Assembly (NCBI RefSeq): GCF_009914755.1
Contig: NC_060932.1
Direction: 5' to 3' (one strand)
Source of the DNA: the human T2T-CHM13v2.0 reference genome, Homo sapiens
DNA: 64,000 nucleotides
Positions 27,042 through 41,800 of the stretch are shown here, one piece after another (positions within the stretch are counted from its first letter, which is position 1; every line of letters begins with the position of its first letter). Position numbers and translations under genes: made by a program. The notes under the pieces are model-generated. The model was given only the letters and a program-made list of their open reading frames with translations. It did no database searches and was not told the DNA's origin.

Positions 27042-29822
27042 TCTGAAAAATCTGCTGCCAGATGTATCGGAGCTCTTTTGTATGTTATTTGTTTCTTTTC
27101 TCTTGCTGCTTTTAGGATTCTTTCTTTATCCTTGACCTTTGGGAATGTGATGATTAAATGCCTCGGGGTAGTCTTCTTTGGGTTAAATCTGCTCGATGTT
27201 CTGTACATGAACCTTCTTGTACCTTCTTGTACATGAATATTGATGTCTTTCTCTAGGTTTGAGAAGTTCTCTGTTATTATCCCTTTGTATAAACTTTCTA
27301 ATCCTATCTCTCCCTCTACCTCCTCTTTAAGGCCAATAACTCTTAGATTTGTTCTTTTGAGGCTATTTCCTAGATCTTGTAAGCGTGTTCCATTCCTTTT
27401 TATTCTTTTTTTGTCTCCTCTGACTGTATTTTCAAATAGCCTGTTTTCAAGCTCGCTAATTCTTTCTTCTGCTTGATCATTTCTGCTGTTAAGAGACTCT
27501 GATGCATTCTTTGGTATGTCCGTTGCATTTTTCAACTCCAGAATTTCTGCTTGATTCTTTTGAATTATTTCAATTTCTTTGTTAAATTTATTTGATAGTA
27601 TTCTGAATTCCTTCTCTGGGTTATCTTGCATTTATTTGAGTTTCCTCGAAACAGCTATTTGAATTCTCTGTCTGAAAGGTTACATAACCTTGCCTCTCCA
27701 GGATTGGCCCCTGGTGACTTATTTAGTTTGTTTGGTGAGGTCATGTTTTCCTGGATGGTCTTGATGCTTGTGAATGTTTGTTAGTGTCTGGGCATTGAGG
27801 AGTTAGATATTTATTGTAGTCTTTGCAGTCAGGGCTTGTTTGTACCCATCCTTCTTTGGAAGGCTTTCTGGGTATTTTAGGGAACTTGGGTATTGTGATC
27901 TAAGTTTTTGGTCACTGTGGCCATATCTACATGAGGGGGCATTCCAAGCCCAGTAATGCTGTAGTTCTTGCAGATTTGTAGAGGTACTATGTTGGTGGTC
28001 TTGGATAAGATCTGGGTAAATTACCTGGATTAACAGGCAGAGACTCTTGTTCTCTTCTCTTACTTTCTCCCAAACAAACAGTCTCTCTCTCTCTCCCTCT
28101 CTTTCTCTCTCTCTCTCTCTGTCCTGAATTGCCTGGAGTTGGGGGCGAGGGGTGGAATGACACAAGCACCCCTGTGGCCACTCCCACTGGGACTGCACTG
28201 GGTCAGACCTGAAGCCAGCACAGCACTGGGTCTTGCTCAAGGCCTGCTGTATCCACTGCCTGGCTACTGCCTATGTTCGCTCAAGGCCCTAGGGCTCTAT
28301 AATCAGCAGGTGGCAAAGCCCAGCCAGGTTTGTGTCCTTCCCTTCAGGGTGACAAGTTCCCCTAGGCCCCGGGTGGGTCCAGAGATGCTGTCCAGGAGCC
28401 AGGCCTGGAGTCAGAAACCTTAGAAATTTACCTGGTGTTCTATTCTACTGCAGCTAGGCTGACACCAAAACCACAAGACAAAGTCTTTTCTACTTGTCCC
28501 TCCCCTTTCCCCAGGCAGAGGAGTCTTTCCTCTGTCCACCACCCTCAGGTACTGCCAGGGTACTGCCAATGGTGACATAAGGCCCAAAGGCTCTTCAGTC
28601 AGCTGATGGTGAATGCTGCCAGACCTGCCACTACCCTTCAGGGAAGTGGGCTCTCCTGTGGTTCAAGGGAAGTCTAGAAATGCCATCTAAGAGTCAAGAC
28701 CTGGAATCAGGGACCCCAAGAGCCCTCTTGGTCCTCTACCCCACTGTGGCCAAGCTGGTACCTAAGCTGCAAGACAAAATCATTTTTATTCATTCATCTC
28801 CTTTTCTTAAGCAAAAGGAGTCCCTCCCCATAGCCACCACAGCTGTGAATATGCTGGGCCACACCTGAAGCTAATACATCTCTGAGTCTCACCCAAGGCT
28901 CACAGTGAGTACTGTGGCTATCACTGCTGATTATTCAGGGCCCAAATACTCTTTAGTCAGCAGGTGATGAATCCTGCCAGGACTAGGTCCTTCCCTTCAA
29001 GGCAGTGGCTTCCTTTCTGGCCCAGGGTGTGTCGAGAAATGTCATCCAGGAGCTACGGCCTGGAATGGGGGCCTCAGGACTCTGCCTGATGCCCTATCCT
29101 ATTGTGGCTGAACTGGTATCCAAGTTGCAAGACAAAGTCCTCTTTATTCTCTCTCCTCTCCTCAAGTGGAAGAAAGGAGGCTCTCCCAGAGCTGTGAGCT
29201 GAGCTGCCAGGGGCTGCGGGAGGAGTGGCGCTTGCACTCCCTTGGCTGCCCAGCTGGTGTCTCACTGGATCGCATGCCCCTCAAGTCCACTGGTTCTAAT
29301 CCTAGCACAGCACCAGGACTTGCCTAGGAGTTGCAGTTCTTGTGGCCTAGAGAGCCTTTCAAGTTTATTTAGGACCCCAGAGCCTTTTAGCCCACAGTGG
29401 CAAGGCTTGCCAAAACTCAAGTTCACACCTCTGGGGTGGTTGATTCCTCTCTGGATAGAGCTGGTCTAAATGCTCCCTCTGTGGCCATCAGCTGAGCTCT
29501 ACCCAGTGTTGGCAGCATTGAGTTCCAGTGCAAAGTAATCACTGTGTTCTTCTTCCCCGAGTGTGCAGATTCTCTGTGCCACTTGGCCACTGCTGGAGGA
29601 TGTGGGAGAGGTGGTGTTGGTGATTCAAGACCATCCTTCCTACCCTCTTCAGTGCCTCTTTCAGCAATATGAAGTTAACACCAGGTACTGTGATTGCTCA
29701 CCTGAGTTTTGGTTCTTACGAAGGTGCTTTTTTCGTGTGTAGATACTTGTAAAATTTGCTGTTCCTGCAGGGAGGACGATTGGTAGAGGCTTCTATTCAG
29801 CCATCTTGCTCCACTTCCTTTG
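27042..29822 (-). mobile_element. Older L1 (L1PB/L1M1-like): 5'UTR with tandem monomers plus partial ORF1, 3'-truncated
   Basis: 5' end ggaagtggagcaagatggctgaatag on the minus strand; ORF track 26984..27631 translates as L1 ORF1p (NLRVIG...ENF...PRHLII...KERILKAAREK); 18-bp flanking direct repeat. Confidence 0.9.
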
Positions 29823-30871
29823 TCTGGTCATGTAAGATCCAAAAGGAAGCAGGGTATCACCAACATGTTCCTCACCCACAGAAATGTTGCATTTTAGGTC
29901 AAGACTTGGATCCCAGAAGCCTAATCCAAGCTGAAACTGCCCCCACAAAATTCACATTTCACTGCTACTTGCTACCTGGAAGAGCTTAGGCAAGTTATTT
30001 ACTCCAGACTCAGTTTCCTCATCTCTAGGTACAAATTAAGTCATCATACTTGCAAAATCCCAGGAACTTGGCTCTGCAAGAGGCCAGTCTAAGGAACTGA
30101 ATACGCTTCAAAGCCCACTGAGAGGCCTGACATGACAGCAGACCCTGGATAGATCCATCTCAGGATGCATCTCAGGATGCAGGCATGCCATGAGCCAATG
30201 GCCATCTGAGTTAAGCTTAAAAATTAGTCCAAAATGATGTCTCTGATATTATAGCCTTGGGATGATCAGGGACCATCACTGGGGCTGTCTCTAAGGAGAT
30301 AACCCAATTTGAGAATGGAAGGAATGAGCAGAAAGGAATTGGCTGGTGTTTTCTCAATGCCTAGCAAAGACTTCTTGCTGTTGGTTTTCAAAGAAAACAG
30401 AAAGAAGGACATGGCATAACTAACAGACATAACAAAGAAGAAGGAAAAAATAGCAGTCCTATGTTTTCTACCCACAGCTAGCCTCAGGAAACTAGTGCAT
30501 AGAGTCCCAAGATCTGGATATTGGAGGGGACATAAAACAGCAGCCAGACAGCTGTGGGTAAGCTGCAGGTAAGAGCCAATGTCTAGATGCTAGATGCTAC
30601 CCACAATGCAGGCATGGGATGCCATCCTCTGCCCTCATGCCCAAACCTGCAGCAAATACATTTTTCTTATCAAATACAACTCAAGTCACTTAGAAGTCTA
30701 TAATCGTCTGGTGGGAATCTTAGATTTAGCTTGATAACATACACAAATATTAAATAAAACCTCTCCCTATAAACTTGATATTTGTGCAAAACAGGTAAAC
30801 AAGCAAATCCCTGCCTTTTATAATAGATACACTAGTTATACTGGGAGAGCATATGCCAAGGGAATGTAATC

Positions 30872-31175
30872 TTTTTTGTTTTAAATAGAGACACAGTCTC
30901 ACTCTGTTACCCATGCTGGAGTACAGTGATGCAATCATAGCTCACTGCAGCCTCGAATTCCTGGGCTCAAGTGATCATTTCATCTTGGCCTCCTGAGTAG
31001 CTGGAACTACAGGCATGTGCCACCATGACTGGCTAATTTTTTAATTTTAATTTTTGCAGAGATAGGGTCTGGCCATGTTGTCCAGGCTGGTCTCGAACTC
31101 CTGGTCTCAAGTGAACCTCCCACCTTGGCCTCCTAAAGTGCTGGAATTACACGTGTGAGCCACTATGCCCAGCCA
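30872..31175 (-). mobile_element. AluJ element
   Basis: Antisense Alu dimer. Confidence 0.88.
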
Positions 31176-34100
31176 GTAATAATTTTTTTTAGGTGATGTT
31201 CTTAAAATTATTGAGTTCATAGACATGTATGGCTGACATGAGAGTTATGGTATAATCAGCATCATGCTAAAATATGATGATGATGATAACTATAATAGTA
31301 ATAACTAATACTTGTAAGCACAGTTCTAAATGCTTTATACATAACTAATTTAATCCTCACAACAAATCTGTGAAAATGATTTACCTTTGTGTTATTACAC
31401 TGTTACAACTTATACTACACATAAGTTGTATAGTATATGACATATAATATGAATACTATATAATGTATACTCTTAAATTGTTACCATCTACATTTGACAA
31501 GTGAGGAAATTGAGTCACAGAAGAAATAACTATTTTGCCTGGGATTTTCCAGCTAAGAAGAGGAGAGCTGGGATTGGAACCTAGGTAGTCTATTTTCTTA
31601 ACTATTATACTCCACAGCCTCTTATTTGCATTAAGAATTAAGGCCACTGAATGGACAGCTCAGGGCTGTCACTTACATTGAAGTCTATATGAGTGGCACC
31701 CCTAGGAGCTGTACAGAGCACAACCTGAGGCCATATGCAGCATCCTCATTGGGGATTAAAGGAATTGATTGTTCCTGGCAGAGGACCCTGGGGTCCTTGA
31801 CTGGTCTCAGGTTATTTTTCTGGCCTTAAGTTTCCTTTAGAAGAGCACTCTCAAACTGGTGTTCCCTGGAACCAGTTTCATAAGGTAGATGCTCCACCAA
31901 AAAAGGTCCCAAGGCAAATGTATTTGAGCAGAGGTGAATTAAACAAACTTAAATCATTCTTTTACTGGAAAACCTCTCAGATCTTAATGTATTAGCATTC
32001 ACCGTAAATCTCCCAGAGGAGGATATGGTTGTCATATTTTCTAAACATATTTGACCATTTATATTGCACTGAAGTAGTGTTTTGGGGGAATATTTTATAT
32101 TTTGGGAAATACTTGATATTTAACTGGATCCAGCTGTGAGCATGCCTTTGTTTCAGGAGGCTACTAGTGTTCTGTTGCAAAAGTCTTCTATAGATACCTG
32201 TGCACCAAAAATGTGGTTGGAGGAAAACACCCCAGAATCAGGCTCCTTCTGAAGCTTCTGTTCACTGGCACCTCTAGCTGGCGGAGTCTTGGAATCTAAG
32301 ATGTACTTGCACAGTTCTTCCACAACAGATATCCTGGTTCCCAAGCTCCTCTCTCCCCGAACTAAAACCTGAAATCTTGAATTTTGTCCACTTTCCAGCT
32401 GGATGCTACTTAATATTAAGTGCCCATTTGCTGACTTCTGGAATCTAGTCTGACCTGACTTTTAGGAGCCTTAAGAGTTTTTCTTATTCAGCTAACCTGA
32501 CTGCAAGGGAAAGATTGCAGTCTAATCCCTTTGGTCCCTGCAGTATGTCTCCTGGTCAGTGGGAGTCCAGTTATTGCTTTTGTGGGATAACAGGAGTCAA
32601 AGAATAAATTGGACTCCTTAACATCAAACCATTTGGAAATACCCTCCCATAAGTACAGTCTCTCTGGATTCCTCAGGCTTATGGTAGCTAAACCTTGAAG
32701 GACCCCTCGATTGAAAATCTCGGTGATGTGGTGAATTCAAGTAGTCCCAGACCTTCCATCAGAAAGGCTCCCATTCTTGAGGCAGCTCTGCAACCAAAAC
32801 AGTCAATCTGTCTTCTCAACCAGAGACGATGGGTCATTTAGCTAGTTTAGTATTCTAGACATTGGCTCCAAATCAAGCTGACTTCTGGTGTGGGAAATGG
32901 AAGGAAGGAAATGGCCCTCCTCTCACTGTTAATCTCCTGATATTCTATTTAGGCTGACTGTCATTTTTATTTCCATGATGACTCTATCTGGTCTTAAATC
33001 AACTAGGATCTCACAGATGATTTGGTGCTTTTGACGTCTAAGGGAGAAGAGAGAAGAAAATCCTATAGTTTTCAGCCGATTGAAGGGGAGAGAAATCTGG
33101 TGCTTTTTTTAAAAGGAAAAATAATCATTAAAATAATTAATCCACTAAGAATCAGAGCACAGTCCAAACCTGTCATTGACTTAATAACCTGGCGATTGCT
33201 TTCAGAAATAGCTTTGTGAGGTCATTTTTTGAGACTAGTGATGAAAAGCTTCACAGTCACAGAGTAACATTTGGCAATAAATTAGTTCAGCTTGTTTCCA
33301 CATGGTCCCCAAATCTTCATTTGTTCCATCATGAAAAACAAACTTTCATTTGCTTGAAACAGAGAAAAATAAATGATTTTCCTTTACACATTTTGATAAT
33401 TTAATTTTTAGCATGTTCATATGTTAATCTTTAAAAAACACCACTAACTACTCTTTTACCTGTTTGGTTTTAGTCCCTATAAAGAAAAAGATGCTTTTTT
33501 TAAAAAAATTTTGTTTTGCTTTTAGCAGAAAAAGCTACATTTTCTCAAGGCAACGGCAACAAAGGCTCAAAGAAAATACATGTGACTTGACACATTTCTG
33601 AGAGGGGTTGGGGAAAAGTCCTTCCTTGGACTTCCGTAAATATGAAGTGGGTTACGACATCTCAGATGATGATAATCTTAGGATATCGCTTGTTGGAGGC
33701 AAGGGTATAGAATAGGTGACTAAATCCTTTTTTCATTCCTATGACACTAGATTAAAGGCAAAAATTGGTCACGTTTAATTATGGTATGAAATAAATGTGA
33801 CTTATGAGTTACATAGCCCTACTCCAAAAGCATTAAGTTAGGTAGGAAAAAACAAAACAGAGCACCCAATCAGAGTTGTGGGAAAGGTTACCTGGATTAC
33901 TAAAGTTTGCAAAAATGTCCTAATCTAGGTTTCCTCTGATTAATTAGTAGAGTACAGTGGTGGGTGATGGTGGTAGTAGTAATAATGACAATTATAGCTA
34001 ATATTATTGAACACATTATGTGATAGGCCCTGTTGTTAGAGTTTTACATATATGAACTCATTTAATCCTGTGAGGTATGTAATATTATCTTTATTTTAAA

Positions 34101-34475
34101 GATTAGAAAATTGAGGCTTAAAAAGCTTATTTATATAACTTGGCAAAGGTTACATAAGGTTCCTCTAGTGTGGTCTTAAAAAAGAAAAAAGAGAAAGGTT
34201 ATATAAGGTTACATAATAGCTTTCTGATACTAAAGACTCACCCTAAACTTTATACTATAGCTATACCAGATTGCCATTGTTAGGATACTGGTCTATCATG
34301 TACTAGTTATATGACCTTGGGCAGGTTACTCAACCTTGCTAAGTATCAGATTTTGCTTCTGTAAATGGATTGTTCCTACATTCAAATGAGATAATCCATG
34401 CAAAACACTTAACATAGTATTTGGCAAGAGTAAATGTTTAATAAATTTTAGCTGCTTTTAAAAGATGAGGAATTA

Positions 34476-34874
<399 letters not shown>

Positions 34875-35492
34875 TTATATTACATTTTTAGTATTACCTC
34901 TTAGGAATCTCTCAGCAATGAAGGTGGTAATAGAAATTATGACAATTATATTGACAAAGCTTTGCATTTTTCAAAGTACTTATATATGAATTATTTAATG
35001 TGATCTTCAAAACTGTCTTACATATTTGCCAGAAAAGTGAGGCTTAGAGAAGTTAAGTAATACTAGGTTGCCTGTACAGTTGATAGCCAGAGTTGAATCC
35101 AGATCTGAAGTTATGAGAGTCAGTTTAATTTAGATCCTTTAATGTTGAGAGCTGGTTTATTGCTTCTGGTAATGTTTGGTTGATCATGCGTTCTCTAAGT
35201 ATATAAGAAAATAAACTGTACATATTGATATTTTTATTTCTTCCTTTCCATAGTTACAACTTGCATTTATTTTTTCCTAAGCCTTACAGGCAGGAGTTAA
35301 GGTGCAGTATGAAATAGAAACTTACTTTACCTTTTTGTATCTTTGTTAACATTTCTCATGTTATTCCCTCTGTATGTCCTCCTCCAAATTATTGGATGTA
35401 GCCTATGCCTGTCCTGCCCAGCTGTCAGAACCAATTCAAATGTTATCTCTGCTGTAAAAAATTCTCTCTGATCTTCTCAGCTAGAGAAGAAC

Positions 35493-35700
35493 AGGGCTAA
35501 ACCTGAGTAATTTTGTCCCCTAGGAGACATTTTGGAATGTTTGGAGACATTTTTGGTTGTCATAACTGAGTGGGAGGATGTTAGAGGGATCTAGTGGGTA
35601 AAGGTCAGGAGGGATCTTAATGATCCTACAGTGCACAGGGCAGCCCCTACAATGAAGAATGATCTGGCCCCAAATGTCAGCAATGCTGATTCAGAAACAC
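35493..35700. mobile_element. MER20-like hAT element
   Basis: tggagacatttttggttgtcataact...ctacagtgcacagggcagccccta...atctggccccaaatgtca resembles MER20. Confidence 0.75.
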
Positions 35701-36045
35701 TTCTAAACTAAAGACTCATGACATTATGGCACATATTCTTTTCTACTTAAAAAAAAACCTATTTATGAATCTATATTATCATGGACTATAAATTACTTGT
35801 GGACGGGGATTCTGTCTTAATTATCATTTATCACTAATATTCAAGATTAGTCAGCAAATCCCCCTTTATATCTGCATTCTCTCATTAAATACCTTAGATT
35901 AATTTGATCATTATTCAATCATTAACTATAAAAGGTGACAGATATTAGATAAAAGGATTTAAAGTTCCCTTAAGCCACTTGATAAATGAGAAAAATAATA
36001 TATCTAGGACCTAATTTTTAGTTTATAAAACTCAGGTATTGCTCA

Positions 36046-36350
<305 letters not shown>

Positions 36351-37648
36351 CATTCTTATTTCTGAGTCCATACAACTTCCCCAAATGATTCTACAAACCA
36401 CAATATATAAAAAAGGGTATAGAAAAATAATATGTTGGAAGAGATAGAATCCACATATGAATGCATTTAGAAAAACATTTAACCATGAAAAATTTGACAA
36501 TGTTGACTAAAAACTCTGCTAGCAGAATCAAACCAAGGAGGAAAAGAAAAAGAGAAAACATTTTCAAGACATTACGCTCAAGGGAAACATGATCAGGGAA
36601 AACAAATGCTCAACATACCAACACTGGTGTCACATTTAGAGCTCAAAATTTAAAAAAAATATGATCTCCCTGGAAGAGGGTAGGCATTGTTTTATTTAAA
36701 GTGCCTAAAGTATTTGTATTCATTATCATATGCCAGCAGCAATTCAAACAGGATTTTGTCACGGAAGAAAATATGAATCTCTATAATTCTTCTCACCAAT
36801 GATATGTCCAACAATAGCTGGAAAATTCAACACATAAGTGATGGCTTTGCCATACATCAGAAATGTTTCTTACAGCCAGGAAGGCTACTGTCATTTTCCA
36901 TTAATAACTGTATTTCCAAATAAAATATTTAAGAACAATGGTCTGTGCTACTTTTGGGAAAAGCCAAATATAAATTTTAGTTAGTTGATGCATCAAATTT
37001 TTTGTGGTTTTCATTTTTATGCAATACTTTCGTGTAACAATATAACAAATATATCCTTTGGAGTGTAATAGTCTATTAGGTAACACAAATGTTTTCATTG
37101 AATTTTATGGTGTTCATAAAATTTTATAACATTAATATTATTATAATAACCCATTATAAAATATACAAATGCTCAACATACCAACACTAGTGTCACATTT
37201 AGAGCTCAAATTTTAAAAAAAATATGATCTCCCTGGAAGAAGGGAGGCATTGTTTTATTTAAAGTGCCTAAAGTATTTGTATTTTAATGGGTTATTATAA
37301 TAATAAAATGTTATGAAATTATAATTCAGTGCATTATAATAATATAATCCCTTCAACTGATTAATATTATAATCATAAATTATTTTATAATAATTCATTA
37401 TAATTATTAATTAATAATTTGCTATAGCAAAAATTGATCACATTTAGCAGTAGTCACAATAGAAATGGAAGTATTTTATGCGAGAAGAGATGGCAGCTCC
37501 AAGACAGAATAATGCCTGACTCTAAATGAGACTTACACCCATTTCAGTAATTTGTTTCCAGTTTTTATCGCACATATTTTTTATGGATTGTATTATTTAT
37601 TTCCTGATCAAGCAATGCTACAATTACATGAATTAAATAATTACTTAC

Positions 37649-37708
37649 CGAGTAAGTCTGAGGCTCTCAAATTGTCTTTCAGAAATGTAACAGAAATAAT
37701 GGCACTAC
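37649..37708 (-). CDS. NIPAL2: NIPAL2 coding exon 4 (60 nt, phase 1-1): (G)SAIISVTFLKDNLRASDLL(G)
   Basis: ttctttatag|GTAGTG...CTCG|gtaagt; continues the frame between exons 3 and 5. Confidence 0.95.
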
Positions 37709-37948
37709 CTATAAAGAAAATGGCCATTAGTGGTAGTTCCAATATAAAAGTGTCTATTACGCAATGCCATTTGAAAGAAGTTAAGCAATTTGTGCCTTAT
37801 GCCTGATGAGCTATGTCCTGATCAGAGACATTCAGCAGTTGTGGCTATAAAAAGGCCTTTCTTCCCCCTGTGGCTGAGGATATGTGGAAATTGGTGTGGT
37901 TTACAATGGATGTGGCTGAGACAGTGTCTTGTATATAGTGAAGGCTTA

Positions 37949-38395
<447 letters not shown>

Positions 38396-38557
38396 CTAAA
38401 CTGAAACTCATGATTTCCCAGCATCTCCTCCTATAATTCCTGTTCCGACAATTCCTGTATCTACTTAACACCAGAATCCCAGGACTGCTCCTATTTCTCT
38501 TCTATTTGACGATCCACATCCAACAGGTCACTGGGTCTAAATCTATAGTCCACTCTA

Positions 38558-38846
38558 TTTTTTTCTTTTTTTTGAGACAGGGTTTTGCGCTGTTGCCCAG
38601 GCTGGAGTGCAGTGGCAAGATCATAACTCACTGCAACATTGGACTCCTAGGCTCAAGTGATCCTCTCGAGTAGCTGGGACCACAGGCTCATGCCACCACT
38701 CCCAGCTAATTAAAAATTTTTTTATTTTTAGAAATGGGGTCTCACTATGTTGCCCAGGCTGGTGTCAAACTCCTGGGCTCAAGTGATCCTCCTGCCTCGA
38801 CCTCCCAAAGTATTGGGATTACAGGCGTAATCCACCGCAACCAGCC
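38558..38846 (-). mobile_element. AluJ element
   Basis: Antisense dimer about 190 bp from the opposite-orientation Alu. Confidence 0.9.
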
Positions 38847-41800
38847 TTATTTCACTCTTTGTTAGGTCTGTTCCCAACTCTTCATTCCTGTGATCACCAG
38901 CCCTATCCCAAGCTCAGGGCAGCTTCTCTGGCTTAGACCTTTAGCTTCCCTCTGACCTCCCATTTCCCCCTTTTCCCCTTTCCCCATACCACCACCAGAG
39001 TAATCGCTCTAAAATGCAAATCTAATGTAAATCCACTGCTTTCAAACCCCTAAGTGGCTGGTCTACAGGACAAAGGCCACACTACCAAGCAGAACACTCA
39101 AAGAGCTATGATTTTGCTTCTGATGCTTTGGTCACCACATTTGTCTTTATTTGATAATCTGTAGCCCACCTTTACTGAAGTAATTATAATTCCCAGAATC
39201 CACCATGCAGTTTCATGCTTAATGGCTTTTACATGTCCAGCTCTGCCCTGTCCTTGTGACCAGCTCTAGACTCAAGTGTCACCTCTGGATTCCCCTGGGC
39301 TGAGCTGATCCCGCCACCCTTATGCTCTGATTACCCCTGTGTATAGCTTTTTCACTACACCTAAGATTTATTTGCCTGTCTTCCCCGAAAGACCATCAGT
39401 TCCTTTTAATCTGAGATATGTCTTTTTATTCTTCTAAGATCTCCAGTGAGTAGCTGTATCTAGCACATAAAAGGTGTTCAATAAATGCTCATTGAATGAA
39501 ATGAAAGAGTATGGGATCTCAGCCTTGCAGTTGTTCTCTTTCCCATTAGTGACACTACTGGACTCTCTCCCTCACAGTCGAGCCATCGTCTGCTACTGTC
39601 GCCTCAGGTACCAGGGTTAAACTGAACCTCTCTGAGTTGTCCCTGTTATGGGGTCATTTATGAGTATAGGCATGGGAAAATCCAAAATTGCAATAATACA
39701 AAAAGATATGCAACATAATATATGCTGTAAATTTTTAACAAAAACTATTTGCTGGTTGTTTTTTAAAAGTAAAAGTACAGGAAAGAAAAGTTATCATAAA
39801 ATAATATCATCCTGTAAAGAAAATTGCAGTTAATATATTGGTGTTTTTATTTCCCTTCAGTTGAGATCAAACTTTAATATCAAATTTCCTTTCTCAGTTT
39901 CCTCAGTTAACACATTACAATTTGCCATGTCATCAAGAATTCTTCATAGACATAATTTTAATGTTGGTATAATAATCCATTAAACAGATGCTGTGGTTAA
40001 ATTTGAATGTGACTATATCTGATGTTCCGGCAATTTATTGAAAACAAAATAAGTCCACACCAGAAACCCTCATGCAGGATAAGATGAGATGCTATTTGTT
40101 TCCTTTTTTTTTTTTTCCTCAACTTAGCTTTTTCTCATTCTGGTTGATCTTTGTCCTTCAAAACTTTTCCTGGGCAGGTTACTTACAGGAATGGAAGTTT
40201 CACACAGGGTAAACCAGGCATGGGAAATGCTCATCAAGCATGAGTTTGAGTGTTTTGGTTTTAAAACATTAAAGCAAGGTTTTCTGTAGATAAACTAATG
40301 CATGACTACATGGCTCATTAAAGTAAGAAATGAATTTGGGATAGGTATGAAAATGTATGCAAATTTTCTATTTCAGATTTGGGCCAAAATAATCCAGGGA
40401 AACTAATTTCCCATGGTAGAGCATGAGAAAAGGTATTAAAAACCCAAACCCCTACCCCACCCTCCAATCACAGACTTCCTGTGTAATTAAGTAAGGGATG
40501 TTTCTAAGTAGGAGATCGATTAGCAATAAAAAATAGGTGAAGTGTCGCTACATTAACACATACCAAATGTGTTCCATTATAACAATCCTTGAAATGACCA
40601 TTTCACTACAAAGGATTATAGTAAGAAGGGAAACATTGCTTACATGGAATGAGATTTTAAGGTAGTAGGAGACATAGACATAATCTACTCCAGGTTCTAA
40701 ACTTGATAATTGGGAAACTGAGGTCCAAAGAATTTGTTTGTCTATTCACTGATCCATCCATTTAAAACACATTTACATTACAGCAGAGCTGGAACTGGCA
40801 CTCATATTTCCTTGCTCTCAGTCCAGAGCTCTTTCTAGTACACTATACCCCATTGGCTCCCTTGAAGTAAGAAAACACATCATTTTACTTTTCTTGTTGC
40901 CAAGCCACAGTTTCATAAATACATTTACTTTCAGAAGGAGGAGGGGAAAATGTTATATGGGAAATAATTTCATTGCTAAAAGCAAAAAGGACATGATTGG
41001 TAACAAAAAACTGGAAATACACTACTTGTATCAAATTATATCAATTGCTATAAAACAATTGTCAGAATTTTATGAAACATAAATATGCTACTCTTCCTTT
41101 CTGAAAGATAATAGAAGTCTAATGCACTTCCACATTCAGCCAATAACATTTTTTTTCTGTTTTAAGAGAACTTGAGATTTTCTACAAAATTTTTAGGTAA
41201 TAGAACAAGATTTTTTAGTTTTATTTATCTAGTAAAAAAGGCAAGAAAAAAAGAACATTCTATTAAGATACATTTACTTTCAACTCATTTATCTTGCAAA
41301 TATGCTAAAATGAGAGCTGTGTTGAGCAAAAAGGCAGTATTGAGCAACAGCTAATAACATGACTTTTAAGTAGAGTAGTAAATTTTTCAAATGAGAAAAA
41401 CATCAACTGAAGTACTCGCATATATGTTTGTAATCAGAGGTCTATCAAGCCCAACACTTTCTAGTAGTTGCTATCACAATAACCATTGCCTAATGAACAC
41501 CTAGAAAAGGGGAAAATCTATTATACTTTTATTCCTATAGTAAAATTTAATATTCAAAAATAGAGCATTTCAAGATTAATCACTTAAAAAGCATGAAAAC
41601 AGAACATAGCTGTAAATTAAACAGATTTGTACTAGTTATGGTTAAACCATAGTTATGACTGGATATTTACTTAAGCAATCAATTGTGTGTGCATTTTTGG
41701 TTTGAGACATGTTTGGGCAGAGACTCATGAATGCTTTTCCCTCTGGCCTTCAGAAGACATGGGTCTACAGAGAGTGCTCACTGATCTTGGTGCTTTATTA

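Noticed and set aside
26984-27631. 215-aa ORF as a novel gene
   Set aside because: Remnant of L1 ORF1p, truncated and running into flank.
28190-29200. Three to four ~300-bp repeats as a novel array or CRISPR-like structure
   Set aside because: Diverged tandem monomers within the old L1 5'UTR; no repeat-spacer organisation.
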